DNA of 64,000 nucleotides from Gammaproteobacteria bacterium (GTDB lineage Bacteria; Pseudomonadota; Gammaproteobacteria; JAKDMP01): NCBI GenBank assembly GCA_050739575.1, contig JBOIBN010000003.1, positions 608 to 64,607 of the forward strand, read 5' to 3'. Shown piece by piece: positions 19,676 to 29,910 of this stretch (position 1 is its first letter; each line of letters starts with the position of its first letter). The notes under the pieces were generated by a model. It saw only the letters and a program-made list of their open reading frames with translations, ran no database searches and was not told where the DNA came from. The position numbers and the translations under genes were made by a program.

Positions 19676-20137
19676 TTAGCCGCCGCCCCCGGCGGGAGCG
19701 CTCGCGGAGGCCGCCTGCGCCAGCACGGAAGCCGGGACTTGGAAGTTCACGACCTCAGTTTGTTCGCGTGCGCCGGTCTTGCCGATCGGCGCGGGCTTGT
19801 AGCGGCGCGAGGCGATGATCTCGCGCGCGGCTTCCTCGTACTGACCCGACGGTACTGAGCGGATAACATGAATGTCGTGGGCGCGCCCGTCGGTGCCGAC
19901 TGTGAAGCCGACCTGCACGAAACCGGTCAGTGTCGGCGTCTCCTTCGCAGCGGCGCGCGTGCCGCTGCCGGGCACGCGGCTGATGAGTTCGATCCCCCGA
20001 ATGACCTTCAGGCCCACCGTCTGCGAGGGTTCGTGTCCGATGAAGTGATGGACCAGCCAAGCGCCGCCGCACAGGATGAAGGCGGCGGCGACCAGCGCCG
20101 AAACGACGAAGCGGATGAGAGCGGAAGTCTGCGTCAT
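19676..20137 (-). CDS. TonB C-terminal-domain protein (single TM + TonB_C)
   Basis: N-terminal TM. C-terminal GFVQVGFTVGTDGRAHDIHVIRS...YKPA is a TonB_C fold pattern. Confidence 0.6.
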   Translation of the reverse strand: MTQTSALIRFVVSALVAAAFILCGGAWLVHHFIGHEPSQTVGLKVIRGIELISRVPGSGTRAAAKETPTLTGFVQVGFTVGTDGRAHDIHVIRSVPSGQYEEAAREIIASRRYKPAPIGKTGAREQTEVVNFQVPASVLAQAASASAPAGGGG

Positions 20138-20282
20138 TTCTGCGCGGCGCCGGCAAAGGACGCAACGTTCTTGAAGCTAATCTAACAGACTGTGTACAGG
20201 TCCGAAAGTGCCCACAGCGGCGCTGCGCGTGCGTATCCGGTAAAATTGCAACTTGATTCGCGGTTTTGGGGGAGAAGGAATC

Positions 20283-20981
20283 ATGATGCGCCATGCGAGC
20301 ATATCGACCGCAATCCTGTTCGCCGCGACGACCACCTGCGCCGTCGCCGCCGGTGCCCCGTCCGCGAACAGCATCGCCGCTCCCGCCGCCGCTACCGCTG
20401 CGGTTGCGCGCGGAAAAATTCTCGTCACGACCTGCGCTTTCTGTCACGGCGTCGAGGAATACACCGTGGCCTACCCGACCGAGCGTGTGCCGCTGATCGC
20501 CGGCCAGCATGCGGCTTACATCATTGCCGCTCTCGGCGAATATGCCAAGGGTCATCGCCACTTCCCGACCATGCAGGCACAGGCAGCTTCGCTTACGGAC
20601 CGGCAGATCCGCGACATCGCCGCCTATATTTCGAGCGTCGCGCCGGATGTCACTCAGGTTCGATCGCCTTACAAACCCGCCTCTCCCGGTTCCATAGCGA
20701 GTGCCAACACCTTCTCTTCCGCACCGGTTGCTGCGGCAAGCTGCGCCGCCTGCCACGGCGCGCGCGGCGTCAGCACCAACCCGGAGTTTCCCTCCCTCGC
20801 CGGTCAATACCAAGACTACCTGTTGCAGGCCCTGAAGGAATACAAGTCGGGTGAACGCAAGAACGCCATCATGAACGGCATAGCCTCTTCGCTCTCGCTG
20901 GAGCAGATGAAGGAACTCGCCGCGTACTTCGCCAAGCAGTCCGGTCCGCTCAGGCTCATTCCGAAGGCGGGACCGCGCTGA
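20283..20981 (+). CDS. dihaem cytochrome c4
   Basis: Signal peptide. Two CxxCH motifs (CAFCH, CAACH), each followed by a Met-ligand region. ~230 aa. Confidence 0.85.
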   Translation: MMRHASISTAILFAATTTCAVAAGAPSANSIAAPAAATAAVARGKILVTTCAFCHGVEEYTVAYPTERVPLIAGQHAAYIIAALGEYAKGHRHFPTMQAQAASLTDRQIRDIAAYISSVAPDVTQVRSPYKPASPGSIASANTFSSAPVAAASCAACHGARGVSTNPEFPSLAGQYQDYLLQALKEYKSGERKNAIMNGIASSLSLEQMKELAAYFAKQSGPLRLIPKAGPR

Positions 20982-21246
20982 TTCGGCGCGCTCGCCCGGG
21001 TCTGGAAAGGGCGAAATCCATCCCGCGCCTCTTCAGGAGGCCGATCTGGAAACGGCGCAAAGCGTGATAACCCGCGTGGCCGCGGGTTTGCTGCCCTGCC
21101 GGTGCCGTCATGGATTCTCGCTGACGAGGCACTCGCGATGGTTCGGCTGGCCCGTCTCCGTCCGGGTAACAGGCCGTTACGGCGAGGGTTTGATATTCTT
21201 TACCCCTCCGCAAATCGACTCCCGCGGAGTCCAGGAGAACCAAGAC

Positions 21247-22266
21247 ATGAATCGCGACAGTCTGATCGAAACCGCGCGCAAGATGGTCGCGCCCGGCAAG
21301 GGCATACTTGCGGCCGACGAGAGTTCGGGCACCATCGAAAAGCGCCTGAAGGCGGTCGGCGTGGAATCCAGCGAGGCGACCCGCCGGGCCTACCGCGAGT
21401 TGCTGATCACGGCGCCGGATATCGAGAACTACATCAGCGGTGTGATCCTCTACGACGAAACGATCCGCCAAAGCGCTTCCGGCGGCGAGCCGTTTCCGAA
21501 ACTGCTCGCCACGCGCGGCATCCTGCCCGGTATCAAGGTGGACAAGGGCGCCAAGCCGCTTGCGGGGCATCCTGACGAGAAGGTCACCGAGGGGCTCGAC
21601 AGGCTGCGTGAGCGCTACGTCGAGTACTACAAGCTCGGCGCACGCTTCAGCAAGTGGCGCGCAGTCATCACGATCGGCGCCGGTATCCCGACGGATGCTT
21701 GCCTCGATGCCAATGCGCATGCGCTCGCGCGTTACGCGGCGCTCGCGCAGGAAGCCGGCATCGTGCCGATCGTCGAACCGGAAGTGCTGATCGACGGCGA
21801 TCACACGTTGGCCGAATGCGAGGAGGCTACGAACTGTACGCTCGCCCGCGTATTTGCCGAACTCGATGGTCAGGGCGTGTTCCTCGAAGGCATGGTACTT
21901 AAGCCGAGCATGGTGATTTCCGGCAAGCAATGCGCCACGCAGAGTTCGGTCGAGGAGGTCGCCGAGGCGACGCTGCGCACGCTCCGTCGGCACGTTCCGG
22001 CCGCCGTGAGCGGGATCGCCTTTCTCTCCGGCGGGCAGACACCGGAGCAGGCGACGGCGCATCTGGACGCCATGAACCGCCTCGGGCCGCTGCCCTGGCC
22101 ACTGACCTTTTCCTATGCCCGCGCCTTGCAGAATCCCGTGCTCGATATCTGGCGGGGCGAAGGGAAGAATGCGCCCGCTGCGGCCAAGGCCTTCGCCCGG
22201 CGCGCGCGCCTCAACCATCTCGCGCGCCTGGGCGAATACACACCAGACATGGAACGGGCCGCTTGA
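21247..22266 (+). CDS. class I fructose-bisphosphate aldolase
   Basis: GILAADES N-terminal motif and Schiff-base lysine region (LEGMVLKPSMV). 340 aa. Confidence 0.88.
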   Translation: MNRDSLIETARKMVAPGKGILAADESSGTIEKRLKAVGVESSEATRRAYRELLITAPDIENYISGVILYDETIRQSASGGEPFPKLLATRGILPGIKVDKGAKPLAGHPDEKVTEGLDRLRERYVEYYKLGARFSKWRAVITIGAGIPTDACLDANAHALARYAALAQEAGIVPIVEPEVLIDGDHTLAECEEATNCTLARVFAELDGQGVFLEGMVLKPSMVISGKQCATQSSVEEVAEATLRTLRRHVPAAVSGIAFLSGGQTPEQATAHLDAMNRLGPLPWPLTFSYARALQNPVLDIWRGEGKNAPAAAKAFARRARLNHLARLGEYTPDMERAA

Positions 22267-22330
22267 AAGCTGCTCCGCTTCGTTTCGCTTGCCGGCGGGA
22301 ATGTCTGTGCCCAGGCGCGGAAATGCGTCG

Positions 22331-23161
22331 ATGAACGAGAACGGCGGCGCGACGGATACGACGGATCCGGCGATCCGCATCCGCAAGCTGGTATTCGAGC
22401 GCGGCAACCGGGCCGTATTCGATCACGTGGACATAGACATTCCGCGCGGCAAGATCACGGCCATCATGGGACCGAGCGGCACCGGCAAGACCACGCTGCT
22501 CCGGCTCATTACCGGTCAGCTCCATCCCACCTCGGGTGACATCCGTGTCGACGGTATTCCCGTCCAGTCGATGCATGAGGACGGCCTGTATGCGTTGCGC
22601 ATGCGCATGGGCATGCTTTTCCAACAGGGTGCACTCCTCACCGATATCACGGTATTCGAAAACGTAGCCTTCCCGCTGCGCGAACATACGAATCTGTCCG
22701 AATCGCTGATCCGCACCTTGGTACTGATGACGCTCCAAGCGGTCGGGCTACGCGGTGCGGCGGAGCAGGCGCCGGGAGAGCTTTCCGGCGGCATGGCGCG
22801 GCGCGTTGCGCTTGCGCGGGCGATTGTCATGGATCCGGAATTCATTTTTTACGACGAGCCCTTCACCGGACTCGATCCGATCTCGCTCGGGGCCATCGTG
22901 CGTCTGATCCGGCGGCTCAACGAAACCTTGGGTTTGACGAGCGTGGTGGTTTCGCACGACGTCGGCGTGGTCGAAGAAATCGCCGACTTCTCCTACCTGA
23001 TCGCCAATGGCAAGGTGGTCGCACGCGGCACGCCGGAGGCGCTCAAAGAAAGCCGCTCGAGCTGGGTTCGACAGTTCATGAGCGGGCTCGCTGAGGGGCC
23101 GGTTCCATTTCACCTGCCCAGCCCCGACTATGTTGGTGCGCTACTGGATGAGGCCAAGTAA
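22331..23161 (+). CDS. mlaF: phospholipid ABC transporter ATP-binding protein MlaF
   Basis: Walker A GPSGTGKTT, ABC signature LSGGMARR, Walker B FIFYDEP. Followed by mlaEDCB. Confidence 0.9.
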   Translation: MNENGGATDTTDPAIRIRKLVFERGNRAVFDHVDIDIPRGKITAIMGPSGTGKTTLLRLITGQLHPTSGDIRVDGIPVQSMHEDGLYALRMRMGMLFQQGALLTDITVFENVAFPLREHTNLSESLIRTLVLMTLQAVGLRGAAEQAPGELSGGMARRVALARAIVMDPEFIFYDEPFTGLDPISLGAIVRLIRRLNETLGLTSVVVSHDVGVVEEIADFSYLIANGKVVARGTPEALKESRSSWVRQFMSGLAEGPVPFHLPSPDYVGALLDEAK

Positions 23162-23952
23162 TGCCCACAATGCCCACCGTGCCGGTCGAACTTACCCGTC
23201 GCGTCCGCACCTCACTCGCGACCTTCGGCGCGGCCTGGATTTTCTTCCTGCGCGTGATGTCGCTTTTTCCGCGCGCACTCGCTCGCCCGCTGCTGGTCAT
23301 CGAGCAGGTCTATTCGCTCGGCAACCGCACGCTCGCCCTGGTCGGCTTTGCGGGACTTTTCGTCGGGCTGGTAATCGCATTGCAACTCTATGGCGTGCTC
23401 GGACTCTTCGGCGCGACTTCGGCGCTCGGGCCTATCGTCGCGATCACGCTGCTGCGCGAACTCGGCCCGGTCATGGCCGCGCTACTCTACGCGGGGCGGG
23501 CGGGGACGGCGCTCGCGAGCGAGATTGGGCTCATGCGTGCGACCGATCAGCTTTCGGCCATGGAGATGATGGCGGTGGATCCGGTTCGGCGCGTCGTGGC
23601 ACCGCGTTTCGTGGGCGGCGTGATTGCGGTGCCGCTCCTGACGCTTGCGTTCAACGTGATCGGCATTTTCGGCGCCTGGCTGGTCGCCGTGAACATGATG
23701 CAGATGGATCCGAGTGTATTCTGGGGTCAGATGCATTCGAACGTGAAATTTTTTGGTGATTTCATAAACGGCATCATCAAGAGCGTTATATTTGGTCTCG
23801 CGGTCAATCTGATTGCCGTTTACGAGGGCTTTACGGCCCGTTCCACCGCGGATGGCGTGGCGCGGGCGACCACGCGCACCGTGGTCATTTCCTCCCTGGC
23901 CGTGCTGGCGCTCGATTTCGTGCTCACGGCCTTCATGTATCAAGGAGCTTGA
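23161..23952 (+). CDS. mlaE: phospholipid ABC transporter permease MlaE
   Basis: MlaE permease with 5-6 TM helices. Start is coupled to the mlaF stop. Confidence 0.9.
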   Translation: MPTMPTVPVELTRRVRTSLATFGAAWIFFLRVMSLFPRALARPLLVIEQVYSLGNRTLALVGFAGLFVGLVIALQLYGVLGLFGATSALGPIVAITLLRELGPVMAALLYAGRAGTALASEIGLMRATDQLSAMEMMAVDPVRRVVAPRFVGGVIAVPLLTLAFNVIGIFGAWLVAVNMMQMDPSVFWGQMHSNVKFFGDFINGIIKSVIFGLAVNLIAVYEGFTARSTADGVARATTRTVVISSLAVLALDFVLTAFMYQGA

Positions 23953-23954
23953 CG

Positions 23955-24440
23955 ATGCGGCGTAGTTTTGGCCTAGAGCTGGGCACCGGACTGTTCGTGC
24001 TGCTCGGCATTGCGGCGGTGTTTTTTCTCGCGACCCAGACGACCAATCTGCGTTCGCTGAATCAGGGTGCGTCCTACGCAGTACGCGCGGAGTTCACCGA
24101 TATCGGCGGCCTCAAGGTGGCGGCGCCCATCACGATTGCCGGCGTTCAAATCGGCCGCGTAAGCGATATTACGCTCGATCCCAAGTCGCTGCAGGCGGTT
24201 GTGACGATGCGCATCCAGAAGACCTACAACGAGATTCCCACCGATTCGAGCGCAGCCATCCAGACCAGGGGCTTGCTCGGTGATCAGTACATCGGGATCA
24301 CGCCCGGGGGATCGCTCCAATCGCTCAAGAATGGCGACACCATCCATTTCACCCAGTCGGCCATTGTGCTGGAAAATCTGATCAGTCAGTTCATGTTCAA
24401 CAATGCATCCTCAGGAGGTAAACCCAATGGCGGTAAATAA
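23955..24440 (+). CDS. mlaD: MCE-domain protein MlaD
   Basis: N-terminal TM plus MCE domain (VAAPITIAGVQIGRV). Confidence 0.88.
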   Translation: MRRSFGLELGTGLFVLLGIAAVFFLATQTTNLRSLNQGASYAVRAEFTDIGGLKVAAPITIAGVQIGRVSDITLDPKSLQAVVTMRIQKTYNEIPTDSSAAIQTRGLLGDQYIGITPGGSLQSLKNGDTIHFTQSAIVLENLISQFMFNNASSGGKPNGGK

Positions 24441-25080
24441 ACTTTTTGCAATTTCGATCCTCGCACTCGGCCTCGCGACCGCGGCACGGGCGGCTGATTC
24501 ACAGTCGAGCGATCCCGCAGCGGTCGTCAAGGGGGCTTCGACGCAGGTCATCAATGCGCTCAACAAGAACGCGGCCAAACTCAAAACGGACCCTGCTCTG
24601 GCGGCGCAATTGGTCAACCAATACCTGCTGCCGCATTTCGATTTCGACTTTACCTGCCAGCTTATCCTCGGGCGTTACTGGCGCACGGCCACGCCGGTGC
24701 AGCGCCAGGAATTCGAAAAGGTCTTCCTGCATTATCTGACCACGACGTATGCCAAAGGCATCCAGAACTTCAACGGCGCGACGGTCACGGTGCTACCGTT
24801 TCGCGGCGACGCCTCGCAGCAGTACGTGAAGGTTCGCAGCCAAGTGAAGTCGCCCGATCACCAACCGATCGAGGTGGACTACGCACTGAGGAAAACGCCC
24901 GGCGGGTGGATGGCCTTCGATGTGATCATCGCCGGGGTGTCTTATGTGCAGACCTACCAGAATGAGTTCCAGAGCGAAATTCAGCGCACCAGTCTGGACG
25001 CCCTGATCAAGCGCTTGCAGACCGCCAAGGCGCCCAAAACTCTGACGGCGATGAAAGCGGCGGCGGCGGGCACCGCGTGA
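24427..25080 (+). CDS. mlaC: periplasmic phospholipid-binding protein MlaC (Ttg2D)
   Basis: Signal peptide plus Ttg2D/MlaC fold pattern. Confidence 0.85.
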   Translation: MAVNKLFAISILALGLATAARAADSQSSDPAAVVKGASTQVINALNKNAAKLKTDPALAAQLVNQYLLPHFDFDFTCQLILGRYWRTATPVQRQEFEKVFLHYLTTTYAKGIQNFNGATVTVLPFRGDASQQYVKVRSQVKSPDHQPIEVDYALRKTPGGWMAFDVIIAGVSYVQTYQNEFQSEIQRTSLDALIKRLQTAKAPKTLTAMKAAAAGTA

Positions 25081-25412
25081 GAATCGGCCGCGAATTCACG
25101 GCCCGACTGATCCCCGAAGGCGAGGGCCATTTTCAAATCGAAGGCGAAGTGGTTTTCGCCACGGTCATGAAGCTGCTGGAAGAAAGCCGCGAGCTTTTCA
25201 CCGATTGCGAGCACATCGCACTCGATTTCGCCGGTGTCACCCGCATCAACACTGCCGGACTCGGACTAGTCATCGAGTGGTTGCGTTGGGCGCGGCACGA
25301 AGGCCGGGCGCTTTCCATCAGCCACCCGCCCGCGGCTCTGCTGTCGCTTGCACGGATCTGCGAAGCCGAGGGCATTATCGCGCCGGCGCTCGCCGCCGCT
25401 GAAGAGGCTTGA
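25077..25412 (+). CDS. mlaB: STAS-domain protein MlaB
   Basis: ~110-aa STAS domain directly after mlaC. Confidence 0.8.
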   Translation: MRIGREFTARLIPEGEGHFQIEGEVVFATVMKLLEESRELFTDCEHIALDFAGVTRINTAGLGLVIEWLRWARHEGRALSISHPPAALLSLARICEAEGIIAPALAAAEEA

Positions 25413-25548
25413 CATGAGTCCCGGCAGATACGCAGACTTTCCGCGGAGAGTGCAGAGTTGCGCAGAGAAAGGTCATCGAAGAGCGCAAGCTTAGGTAACG
25501 AATCTACATTTTTGCGTTTTCTGCGGGGCATGAATAAAGCCGACGGTT

Positions 25549-26343
25549 TCAGTTTGAGCCGCCGCCGTTCTGGTTCGGACCGATCATTTGTTCGTAGTTC
25601 GGTAACTGGTTGGGGTTGTAGTTCGGCAGGTTCTTGCGGACGGTTTCGTCGCGGTTCTGGAAGTAGGCGTTGCGCATGAAGGCGTAGGGATCGTAGGCCT
25701 GCTCCAGCAATTGATCGAGATTCAGGAATTGCGCGCGGAGCTGAATTGCACCGATGGCGTAGATAAGGTTGCGCGTCCGTGGTTTCCAGCCGGTCCAGAA
25801 GAAGGCCGAGCCGAAGTGATCCACGTAGAGGCCGAAAGCGTCGCGGACATCGCTCGGCCCGAGCAGCGGGATTTGCAGGTACGGCCCGCTCGGCACGCCC
25901 CAGCGCGCAAGCGTGATGCCGAAGTCCTCGCTGTGCGGCGGCATGCCCCAGTCCGAGGCGGGATCGAAGAAACCCGCGAAACCCACCGTCGAGTTGGCGA
26001 AAAAGCGTCCGGTATCGCGCACCGCATCCAGCGGCTTGAGCTGCAGCAGATCGTTGATGACGGTGACCGGCAGGCCGAGATTGCTGAAGAAATTGCCGAT
26101 GCCGGTTTGCACCGGTTTCGGAGTGATCTTCACATAACCCTTGGCCGCAGGTTTGAGCACGGCCGAATCCACCAGATTATTGAAACGGTACACCTCTCGG
26201 TTGGCGGGCGCCAGCGGGTCGCGCTTCTGGGGCGGCACGTTGCCAGGGTTGCCCGGCTTCGTCACACATCCGCAAAGTAGCGTTGTGAAAACCAGCGCGC
26301 AGACGGCGACGGGCCGGAGCAAGCGGTTGTGCCCACGGTTCAT
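25549..26343 (-). CDS. mlaA: outer-membrane lipoprotein MlaA (VacJ)
   Basis: Lipobox LLCGC and VacJ-family similarity (REVYRFNN, GLYVDHFGSAFFWTG). Start ATG 26341-26343 lies 1 nt after the upstream sulfotransferase stop codon (26338-26340). Confidence 0.85.
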   Translation of the reverse strand: MNRGHNRLLRPVAVCALVFTTLLCGCVTKPGNPGNVPPQKRDPLAPANREVYRFNNLVDSAVLKPAAKGYVKITPKPVQTGIGNFFSNLGLPVTVINDLLQLKPLDAVRDTGRFFANSTVGFAGFFDPASDWGMPPHSEDFGITLARWGVPSGPYLQIPLLGPSDVRDAFGLYVDHFGSAFFWTGWKPRTRNLIYAIGAIQLRAQFLNLDQLLEQAYDPYAFMRNAYFQNRDETVRKNLPNYNPNQLPNYEQMIGPNQNGGGSN

Positions 26344-28130
26344 TGCCGGCCGGTTCCTTCGAGTGCTTCGAGCAAGGGTAGCAGATGGGCTTCGAAGTGT
26401 CGCCACCTGCCGATCGAGCCGCGGTAGATCGGCTGACGTACCTGATGCAGACTGGCGGTGGCGACCGGCCGGCGGGATTCGTGAAACGCTAAGCAATCCT
26501 GGTGCCAATCGAGATCGATCTCCCCAAGCAGTCGACGTATTGTCGGCTCGGGAGTTCTGACAAGTCTTTCGTATTCTACCTCGACGATGCGTTCCGCACC
26601 GAGCAGCTTGCGCCAGTGGTCCATGAGAGTCTCATACTTGCGATAATAGGCGCCGAGGTCGCGCAGCTCCGCAGGCAGGCCGCGTCCGGCAAGCGCCGTC
26701 GTGTAACAGGATATACAAGTATCTCGTGCATCCCTGCGCACATGAACGACCGCAGCATCGGGGAAGCAGAGCGCAATGAGGCCGAGCAGGAAAAAATTGA
26801 TCGGCAGCTTGTCCGTGATCCGCTTGCGTCCAGCGCTGGCCCGCTCCAGGAAGCTTTGCCAATCCGCCGTCAGACGGGCGAGCGTTGGATCGTCTGCGTG
26901 GGCGAGCCAGGCCGGCACTTCCGCGTCCGGCAAACTTCCTGTGTTCCGGCGCAACCAAGTCGTCAGGAACTGCATTTCGCCCCCGGTCGTGACCTCCGGA
27001 TGCGCGCCCACAATGGCCTCAATCAGGGTCGTGCCCGAGCGCGGCATGCCGACGATAAAGATCGGGCGCAAATCGGCCGTATGCGAGAACGGAGGGCGGC
27101 GGACAAAATCGGCATTCAGGTATTTACGCACGTTATCGAAGTAACGCGCCTCCTCGCCGTAGTCGAGCGAGAAAACCCGGGCGCGGCGCCGATTCGCCTC
27201 GGTGCAGGCCGCAAAGGCGTCATCGTAGCGGCCGAGTTTCTCCAGCACCCGGCCGAGAGCGAGGTGCAGCACCCAGGCCTGAGGATCGGCGCCCGCACCG
27301 ACGACGGCTGTGCGCATCGCCTGCGCCGTCTCTTCGCGATGATCATCTGGTGCGAGTGTCAACTGATACCAGGCCGTGTAGCAGTGCGGATCGGCGTTTA
27401 CCGCCGCCTTCGCTTCGCGTCGCAGATTCGCAAAATCGCCGAACTGTCCCGCTGCCGCCGCCAGCCGGTGGTGTTCGTCGGCGGTTGTTCCACCGCAGGC
27501 GAGTGCCCGGCGAAAAGTCTCTGCGGCGGATGTCGTATCGGCCTGTCGGAGTTGCAGGGCGCAGATTTTAAACAACGCAGCGAGACGTGTCGCACCGGCG
27601 GAATTCTGCTGAACGCGTTCCCAGGCCTGCAGCGCAAGTTCGGGTGTTTCCGTCTGTTGCCGCAAATCGCCCAGCAGCAGCCACACCGTGTACTCGGTCG
27701 GGTGACGTGCGAGCCAAGATTCGAGCAGTGCGCACGCCGCCTCGTATTCATCGCCGGCCGCGAGATTGTTCGCAAGTTCGCGGATCGCAAGTGGCGAGTC
27801 CGGTTCGAGTGCAAGCAAGTGATCGAGCCGGATTTTCGCCGTCGCCATGCATCCCTGTTCGCCGAGCACCCGCGCATGATTGAGGAGAAAGTCGGGACGT
27901 GCGGGCGCGAGCCGTTCGGCGGCCTCGAGATGTTGGCGAGCCTCCTCCAGCCGTCCCCGTTGATGCAGCAGCAATCCGAAATAATGAAGCGCCTGCGGAT
28001 TCTGCGGCTCGCGCTCCAGCAGCGCCTTGTACCGTTGTTCCGCCTGCGCCAGCTCGTTGGCCCGGTGTGCCCGCAATGCCTCTTCGAGCGATGGTTGGGC
28101 ACGCGGATGGCGGGAGTGATGAGTCTTCAC
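26340..28130 (-). CDS. TPR-repeat / sulfotransferase fusion protein (subfamily A, copy 1)
   Basis: N-terminal TPR repeats. C-terminal sulfotransferase domain with 5'-PSB motif IFIVGMPRSGTT and an RDARD 3'-PB-like motif. Confidence 0.8.
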   Translation of the reverse strand: MKTHHSRHPRAQPSLEEALRAHRANELAQAEQRYKALLEREPQNPQALHYFGLLLHQRGRLEEARQHLEAAERLAPARPDFLLNHARVLGEQGCMATAKIRLDHLLALEPDSPLAIRELANNLAAGDEYEAACALLESWLARHPTEYTVWLLLGDLRQQTETPELALQAWERVQQNSAGATRLAALFKICALQLRQADTTSAAETFRRALACGGTTADEHHRLAAAAGQFGDFANLRREAKAAVNADPHCYTAWYQLTLAPDDHREETAQAMRTAVVGAGADPQAWVLHLALGRVLEKLGRYDDAFAACTEANRRRARVFSLDYGEEARYFDNVRKYLNADFVRRPPFSHTADLRPIFIVGMPRSGTTLIEAIVGAHPEVTTGGEMQFLTTWLRRNTGSLPDAEVPAWLAHADDPTLARLTADWQSFLERASAGRKRITDKLPINFFLLGLIALCFPDAAVVHVRRDARDTCISCYTTALAGRGLPAELRDLGAYYRKYETLMDHWRKLLGAERIVEVEYERLVRTPEPTIRRLLGEIDLDWHQDCLAFHESRRPVATASLHQVRQPIYRGSIGRWRHFEAHLLPLLEALEGTGRQ

Positions 28131-28176
28131 ATGTGCTCTACGGGCCGCGGAACGAGCTCGGCTGGCCCGGGCGGCA

Positions 28177-29910
28177 TCAGACGCCGGCGGCTGCGTTGTC
28201 GTCTACCACGGCAAGTTCCGCCTCATAGGCCGCAATTTCATCGGCGAGTCCCGCGGCCACCGGAGCGAGCAACTCGCTGTAATGTTCGTGGCGCTCGAGC
28301 CCGCGCCGGTCGAGCGGCTGGCGGACCTGGGTGACGCTCGCGGTGCTCACGGGCCGCTCGAGTTTGTAGAACGCGAGGCAGGTGGGCTCGAACTCAAGCC
28401 CGATGTAGTCCAGAACACGGCGCAGTTCACGCTCGGGATTCGCGACGAGCGCTTCGTAGAAAACTTCGATGAATCCTTTCGGCAGTGTCGCGCGCCAGTG
28501 CCGCATCAATGTCCAGTAGACCTTGTAATAGCGGACGATATCGTCGAGATCGTAGCTGTAGGTCATGCCATTGACGAAATGCTGCCGATACAGGCCCAAT
28601 GCGGTCGCGAGTGGGTGCCTGCGCATGTGGATGATGCGCGCCCGCGGCAGCATCATCCGCAGCAGCCCAACGTAGAGAAAATTGATCATGTTCTTGTCGG
28701 TGGACCAGGGTGTAATGAGCCGCAGCCTGGCCGTCCCCCGGGCATAGCGCTCGGCCGCGGCCCCCAGATCGCGCCGCGCATCTTCGGGGGGAATATCGGG
28801 AAAGGCGGGATGCCCGCCCCACAGACCATTGAGTTCGGCGACAATCTCGCGCAGGTGTGTCAATTCTCCGCCGCCGCGCACCTGCGAGTGCGAGGCGAGC
28901 ATTTGTTCGAGCAGCGTGGAGCCGGAACGAGGCAGGCTGGCGATACAGATAACCGGGATATCGTGACGTTCCGACGAGCCATATCTTTGCATGAGTTCGG
29001 GTGTAAAAAACCCTGCGATATTGCGCATCAGGGTTTCGTCGTGGGAGACGTCGTAGGCGATCTCTTCATGGTGCAGCCGGTTGGCCTCGCGCAGGCACTC
29101 GCTTGCACGGGCAAACTCTCCGGTGTCGTCGTAGACCTTGGCGAGCGCGAACAGGGTGTCCTTGCGCATATGTCCGGAGGCGCTCTTCAGTTCTTCGCGG
29201 CGTTCTTCGAGGCGTGCGATAAGCGGGTCGCCCGCCTCGAAACGCTGCGACTGTACCAGCCCCTGATAGGCGGAAAAGTCGGGGTTCGCTTCCAATACCT
29301 CGCGAATCGTGCGGCCGGCCTCGTCCTCGCGTCCGAGAAAGCGCGCGAGACGGGCAAGCCCAAGCCGGGCGGGACCGTGGTCCGGCTTTATCCGCAAGGC
29401 TTCATGCAAGGCCTGTGCGGCGGCCTCGTGTTCTTCGCGATCCATCAGCAGCATGCCGTGGGTGACCAGCGCGTTGGCGTCCGCGGGCGCGATGGCGAGC
29501 GCCTTGCGGATAAGTTCGAGGGCGAGCGCGGGCTGGCCGCCGATCCTCAGGCATTCTGCCAGTCCCGCCTGCGCGGACACGAAGCCGGGAGTCAGACTCA
29601 GGGCGCGCTGGAAGGCGTTTTGCGCCTTTTGTCTTTCGCCCAGGCTCAATAGCGCATCGCCGAGCCCGGTCCAGGATGCGGTTGCAGTCTGCGTATCGGG
29701 CGCGAGGCGGCAGGCTCGCGTGAAATGTTCGCGCGCCTGTGGGTTCGCGCCCAGAGACAGCGCGGCGATGCCTGCGAGTTGCTGGTTCGCGTACGACCCG
29801 GGTTGCTCCTCACAAGCCTTGGTTGCGTGTTCCAATGCGCTGCGGGCATCGTTGCGCCGCAACGCGAGTGCCGCCTCGCGTGCCGCCCCCGTCCATTCAA
29901 CCGTGCTCAC
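28177..29910 (-). CDS. TPR-repeat / sulfotransferase fusion protein (subfamily B, copy 1)
   Basis: TPR N-half. 5'-PSB motif ICIASLPRSGSTLLEQ. Close paralog of 30462..32234 (~75-80% nucleotide identity at the 3' ends by eye). Confidence 0.8.
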   Translation of the reverse strand: MSTVEWTGAAREAALALRRNDARSALEHATKACEEQPGSYANQQLAGIAALSLGANPQAREHFTRACRLAPDTQTATASWTGLGDALLSLGERQKAQNAFQRALSLTPGFVSAQAGLAECLRIGGQPALALELIRKALAIAPADANALVTHGMLLMDREEHEAAAQALHEALRIKPDHGPARLGLARLARFLGREDEAGRTIREVLEANPDFSAYQGLVQSQRFEAGDPLIARLEERREELKSASGHMRKDTLFALAKVYDDTGEFARASECLREANRLHHEEIAYDVSHDETLMRNIAGFFTPELMQRYGSSERHDIPVICIASLPRSGSTLLEQMLASHSQVRGGGELTHLREIVAELNGLWGGHPAFPDIPPEDARRDLGAAAERYARGTARLRLITPWSTDKNMINFLYVGLLRMMLPRARIIHMRRHPLATALGLYRQHFVNGMTYSYDLDDIVRYYKVYWTLMRHWRATLPKGFIEVFYEALVANPERELRRVLDYIGLEFEPTCLAFYKLERPVSTASVTQVRQPLDRRGLERHEHYSELLAPVAAGLADEIAAYEAELAVVDDNAAAGV

